DNA of 27,661 nt from a virus (lineage: Duplodnaviria > Caudoviricetes), in IMG/VR virus record IMGVR_UViG_3300021138_000133, positions 1 to 27,661 of that record. One strand, 5' to 3'. Both the position numbers and the translations under genes were made by a program. This document shows, in pieces, positions 24,778 through 27,661 of the stretch. How positions within the stretch are numbered: position 1 is the stretch's first letter; every line of letters starts with the position of its first letter. Below the pieces are notes generated by a model that was given only the letters and a program-made list of their open reading frames with translations, was not told where the DNA came from and did no database searches.

Positions 24778-25076
24778 AAATAACCATTAAAAAAAACTTG
24801 ATCATATTCCACAGTGTTCGCGAGTTTGAAGAACTACACCATCGTTTATTAGAGGAACACGGTCGTGCTACCATGTTGGTGTCATGGAGAATGAAACGCG
24901 AACTTGGGTTTACCATACGCCATCATAAAGGTCTTGTACCACACGACGAATCTGAATGGGCGGTGATGAAGTCGGAAGGATGGAATCATCGTTATCACTA
25001 CGAAAGCCAAGTGCATTTAGACTGGTATAACGAGGCACAAATGAGCTGGTTTGTGCTTAAATACCTAAATAATTAG
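24774..25076 (+). CDS. small array protein, ends FVLKYLNN
   Basis: ATGA overlap at 24774; LDWYNEAQMSWFVLKY. Confidence 0.8.
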   Translation: MKITIKKNLIIFHSVREFEELHHRLLEEHGRATMLVSWRMKRELGFTIRHHKGLVPHDESEWAVMKSEGWNHRYHYESQVHLDWYNEAQMSWFVLKYLNN

Positions 25077-25079
25077 CGG

Positions 25080-25108
25080 TTGACCAATAAAGGCCTTTAT
25101 TGTATAAT
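25080..25108 (+). promoter_or_regulatory. sigma70-type promoter
   Basis: TTGACC-N17-TATAAT-AGTAGTATAGT. Confidence 0.8.
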
Positions 25109-25137
25109 AGTAGTATAGTTAATAAGTAGGAGCTGGT

Positions 25138-25320
25138 ATGTCACAAAAATTCTATTTTGTATATTTTGACCAAGACCAAATTGATATTTTTGCTACTTGC
25201 GAAGAAGCAGTAGAATGTGTGGGGGATATACAACAGGACGCTCGTGCTTTGTACAAAGATACCTACGCAGATAATCGATTCCATATTATCGAACGCTTAA
25301 TGGAAGTAGAAACAGCCTGA
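25138..25320 (+). CDS. small acidic hypothetical protein
   Basis: AGGAG SD; own promoter. Confidence 0.75.
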   Translation: MSQKFYFVYFDQDQIDIFATCEEAVECVGDIQQDARALYKDTYADNRFHIIERLMEVETA

Positions 25321-25349
25321 TTGACCAATAAATCCATCTATAGTATAAT
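25321..25349 (+). promoter_or_regulatory. sigma70-type promoter
   Basis: TTGACC-N17-TATAAT-AGTAGTATAGT. Confidence 0.8.
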
Positions 25350-25378
25350 AGTAGTATAGTAAAACATTAGGACAGATA

Positions 25379-26674
25379 ATGAGCACAGCGGGTACTACAG
25401 CAAACAAAAAAGATTCAGCTAAGTTTAAAGACTTGTGCGGGCCTACGGACCCTAAATTAGATCGTGAAATTCGAGAAAAACTGATTACTGCTCGAGTAGG
25501 ATTACTACTTCGTGCCTCCTTTTTTGGTAACTTGGCAACTCGTTTGAAACTAGTCAATGCCGACGAGTGGTGTACCACTGCCGCAACCGATGGTCGTAAC
25601 TTTTACTATAACAGTCGTTTTATTGACATGCTCAAACCAAAAGAAGTTGAGTTCCTTTTTGGTCATGAGGTCTTGCACTGTGTCTATGATCACTTTGGAC
25701 GCAAGGGTGATCGTGATCATCAATTGTTTAACATTGCCAATGACTATTGTGTCAACGCAGACTTAAAGAAACATCGCGTAGGTGAGTTTATCACAAGTGT
25801 TCCTTGTTTATATGACGCAAAATATCAAGACATGAGTTCAGAAGAGATCTATGACATATTGTATGAGAATGCGGAAAAAATTGACATTGGTAGTTTAATT
25901 GACAAGATGCTAGACGAGCATTTAGATGGTGAAGGCGACGACAGTGAGGGCGAAGGCGAAGATGGCGATGGTAAAGAAAATGGCAAGGGTCGCCCTAAAC
26001 TTACTCCAGAAGAACGCCAACAAATCAAGGACGAAATTAAAGAAGCGGTATTAGCGGCCGCGGCCGCTAGTGATGGCGCAGGTAACTTGCCCGCAGGTGT
26101 TCGTCGTATCATTGAAGATATGACCGCACCCAAGATGAACTGGCGTGAATTGCTCCGTATGCAATTAGAGTCTACTATTAAATCTGATTATACTTGGATG
26201 CGTAGTAGCCGTAAAGGCTGGCATATGGACGCTATTCTTCCTGGATCCAAATTAGACCCAATGATTGACATTGCCGTTAGTATTGATGCGTCTGGATCAA
26301 TGGGCGATAAAATGCTTAAAGATTTCCTAGCAGAAGTAGCGGGTATTATGGAACAATTTCCAAACTACCGTATCCATGTATTATCCTTTGATACCCAGGT
26401 TTACAATCCACAACAGTTTAATTCAGAGAATCTGGAAGATATTACCGGCTACGAAATTATGGGCGGTGGCGGTACAGACTTTGATTGCGTGTTTGAATAC
26501 TTTAAAGCGAACGAAATCGAACCTAAACGCCACATTATGTTCACAGACGGATTTCCGAATGGAAGTTGGGGCGATGAGCAATATACAGATACAGTTTTCA
26601 TCATGCATGGTACCACTAGTATTATACCGCCCTGGGGCCAATATGCTTATTATTCAGAAGAAGCCAATTCATAA
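25379..26674 (+). CDS. HExxH metallopeptidase-like + vWA domain protein (DUF2201-like MoxR partner)
   Basis: TAATDG, HEVLH, acidic linker, MIDAS DASGS, GGGGTDF, FTDG. Confidence 0.9.
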   Translation: MSTAGTTANKKDSAKFKDLCGPTDPKLDREIREKLITARVGLLLRASFFGNLATRLKLVNADEWCTTAATDGRNFYYNSRFIDMLKPKEVEFLFGHEVLHCVYDHFGRKGDRDHQLFNIANDYCVNADLKKHRVGEFITSVPCLYDAKYQDMSSEEIYDILYENAEKIDIGSLIDKMLDEHLDGEGDDSEGEGEDGDGKENGKGRPKLTPEERQQIKDEIKEAVLAAAAASDGAGNLPAGVRRIIEDMTAPKMNWRELLRMQLESTIKSDYTWMRSSRKGWHMDAILPGSKLDPMIDIAVSIDASGSMGDKMLKDFLAEVAGIMEQFPNYRIHVLSFDTQVYNPQQFNSENLEDITGYEIMGGGGTDFDCVFEYFKANEIEPKRHIMFTDGFPNGSWGDEQYTDTVFIMHGTTSIIPPWGQYAYYSEEANS

Positions 26675-27261
26675 TCCTCGTATAGCTGTTCTATAGTTTT
26701 ATCTGATCGTTTGTGTTTTTTATAGTTGTCCGTGTCACTAATGAGTCTTAAATTTGATATGTCGGATATTACATTAACTGGCACATCATTTAAGAATCCA
26801 TCAGTAACACTGTAGATATGATCCACATGCCAGTGTTTACATCGTAGGTGTTGTGGGTCTATTTTATCTATATTACGATTATATTGAGTTATAGCATACT
26901 GGCTAGCTCTGGCTCCGTATTGTTTGCGAGTTAATCCGTCAACTGTAAATTTTTTAGTTTTGTAAATCTCATTCCAATATGCCGATCGTTGATCAGATAG
27001 CAATTGTCGAATATTAGTAGCTTTTGATACATTATCAACACCGTATTTTTCCAGTGCTTTTTTCTTCTTTTTCAACTTGGTTTTTTTGGATGAGCTTATG
27101 TTAGAAACCCCGTGTCGTTCCATTGTAGTTGAACGCATTTTGGCTAAAACTGTAGGACAACCTGCTGGTTGTGTTGCACAGGTATGCTTGCCTTTTTTGG
27201 TGGTGTAAGTTGCTAGGCGACCACATCCGTTGTCGCATAATTGTTGGTTGGTAAATATCAT
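26650..27261 (-). CDS. free-standing HNH endonuclease with N-terminal Cys cluster
   Basis: WHVDHIYSV...NLRLI...N..KH; LCDNGC...CATQPAGCP; ERHGVSN/EKYGVDN repeats; start ATG 27261 after AAGGAG. Confidence 0.82.
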   Translation of the reverse strand: MIFTNQQLCDNGCGRLATYTTKKGKHTCATQPAGCPTVLAKMRSTTMERHGVSNISSSKKTKLKKKKKALEKYGVDNVSKATNIRQLLSDQRSAYWNEIYKTKKFTVDGLTRKQYGARASQYAITQYNRNIDKIDPQHLRCKHWHVDHIYSVTDGFLNDVPVNVISDISNLRLISDTDNYKKHKRSDKTIEQLYEDYELASSE

Positions 27262-27328
27262 TGCTGATTGCTCCTTCAAGCGTTAGAGTAGTTGGATATT
27301 CCAGTATCGCGAACTACACCCTTATTTA
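27252..27328 (-). repeat. conserved endonuclease-leader element, copy 2
   Basis: Homologous to 2890-2967. Confidence 0.85.
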
Positions 27329-27335
27329 GCCCAGG

Positions 27336-27364
27336 TTGACCAGTAAACTCCGATATGTTATAAT
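27336..27364 (+). promoter_or_regulatory. sigma70-type promoter
   Basis: TTGACC-N17-TATAAT-GTAGTATAGT. Confidence 0.8.
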
Positions 27365-27396
27365 GTAGTATAGTTAAATTTTAGGAGTTGAATAAT

Positions 27397-27564
27397 ATGG
27401 CTGTAAAATCCTGGTTCCTATCAGTGGTAGATACTGCAACTCACAAGCCGGTAATCCATAAGATGTTTTTTACCGCACCCGAGATGAACAAGTTTATCAA
27501 AGAACAAAACATCCTTGAAGAATATAAGAAGCCTCAATACTATATTGTTAAAGAGAATTACTAA
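27397..27564 (+). CDS. small hypothetical protein (55 aa, not in the ORF track)
   Basis: AGGAG SD; MAVKSWFLSVVD...YIVKENY*. Confidence 0.75.
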   Translation: MAVKSWFLSVVDTATHKPVIHKMFFTAPEMNKFIKEQNILEEYKKPQYYIVKENY

Positions 27565-27577
27565 AGGCACAAGAGAA

Positions 27578-27661
27578 ATGAGCCAAGAACCATGTAAAAA
27601 ATGCGGTGAATATCACAATAATTGCTATGAGTTAGCTGAACTAACAGATGAGGAAATACTA
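27578..27661 (+). CDS. hypothetical protein, runs off window end
   Basis: MSQEPCKKCGEYHNNC... open to the edge. Confidence 0.5.
   Translation, partial: MSQEPCKKCGEYHNNCYELAELTDEEIL

Noticed and set aside
21976-25076. CRISPR array, integron cassette array or diversity-generating retroelement as explanation of the small-gene array
   Set aside because: No regularly spaced repeats, no attC-like intergenic sites (the genes overlap), and no integrase, reverse transcriptase or template/variable repeat pair.
1-27661. Stop-codon reassignment
   Set aside because: Genes are full length in code 11, TAG, TGA and TAA all end genes, and no suppressor tRNA is present.

Overview
Segment of a large dsDNA tailed-phage genome (standard code 11; a betaproteobacterial host is weakly suggested by a Bug/TctC gene). 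It contains (1) nine tRNA genes in two groups plus tRNA fragments; (2) a ~16-kb enzyme-rich island (3554-19341) with eight HxD...H Fe(II)/2OG-type oxygenases (a ninth lies at 299), five SGGxDS PP-loop ATP pyrophosphatases (one QueC-like), two Rieske oxygenases, an AdoMet-decarboxylase-family enzyme, a membrane desaturase, a TctC binding protein and a small, probably abundant protein; (3) an RNA polymerase omega homologue; (4) a MoxR AAA+ ATPase and its vWA/HExxH partner, separated by an array of translationally coupled small genes, most ending in F-x-L-[RK]-[WFY]; (5) three free-standing endonuclease genes (GIY-YIG, PD-(D/E)xK, HNH). Two unrelated endonucleases 24 kb apart share a ~78-nt upstream element with a covarying hairpin. 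Two promoter classes are visible: sigma70-like TTGAC-N17-TATAAT, and TAA(A/G)TA placed 4-7 nt before ATG with no Shine-Dalgarno (probably leaderless late transcripts). All protein calls come from motifs recognised by eye; no database searches were run.
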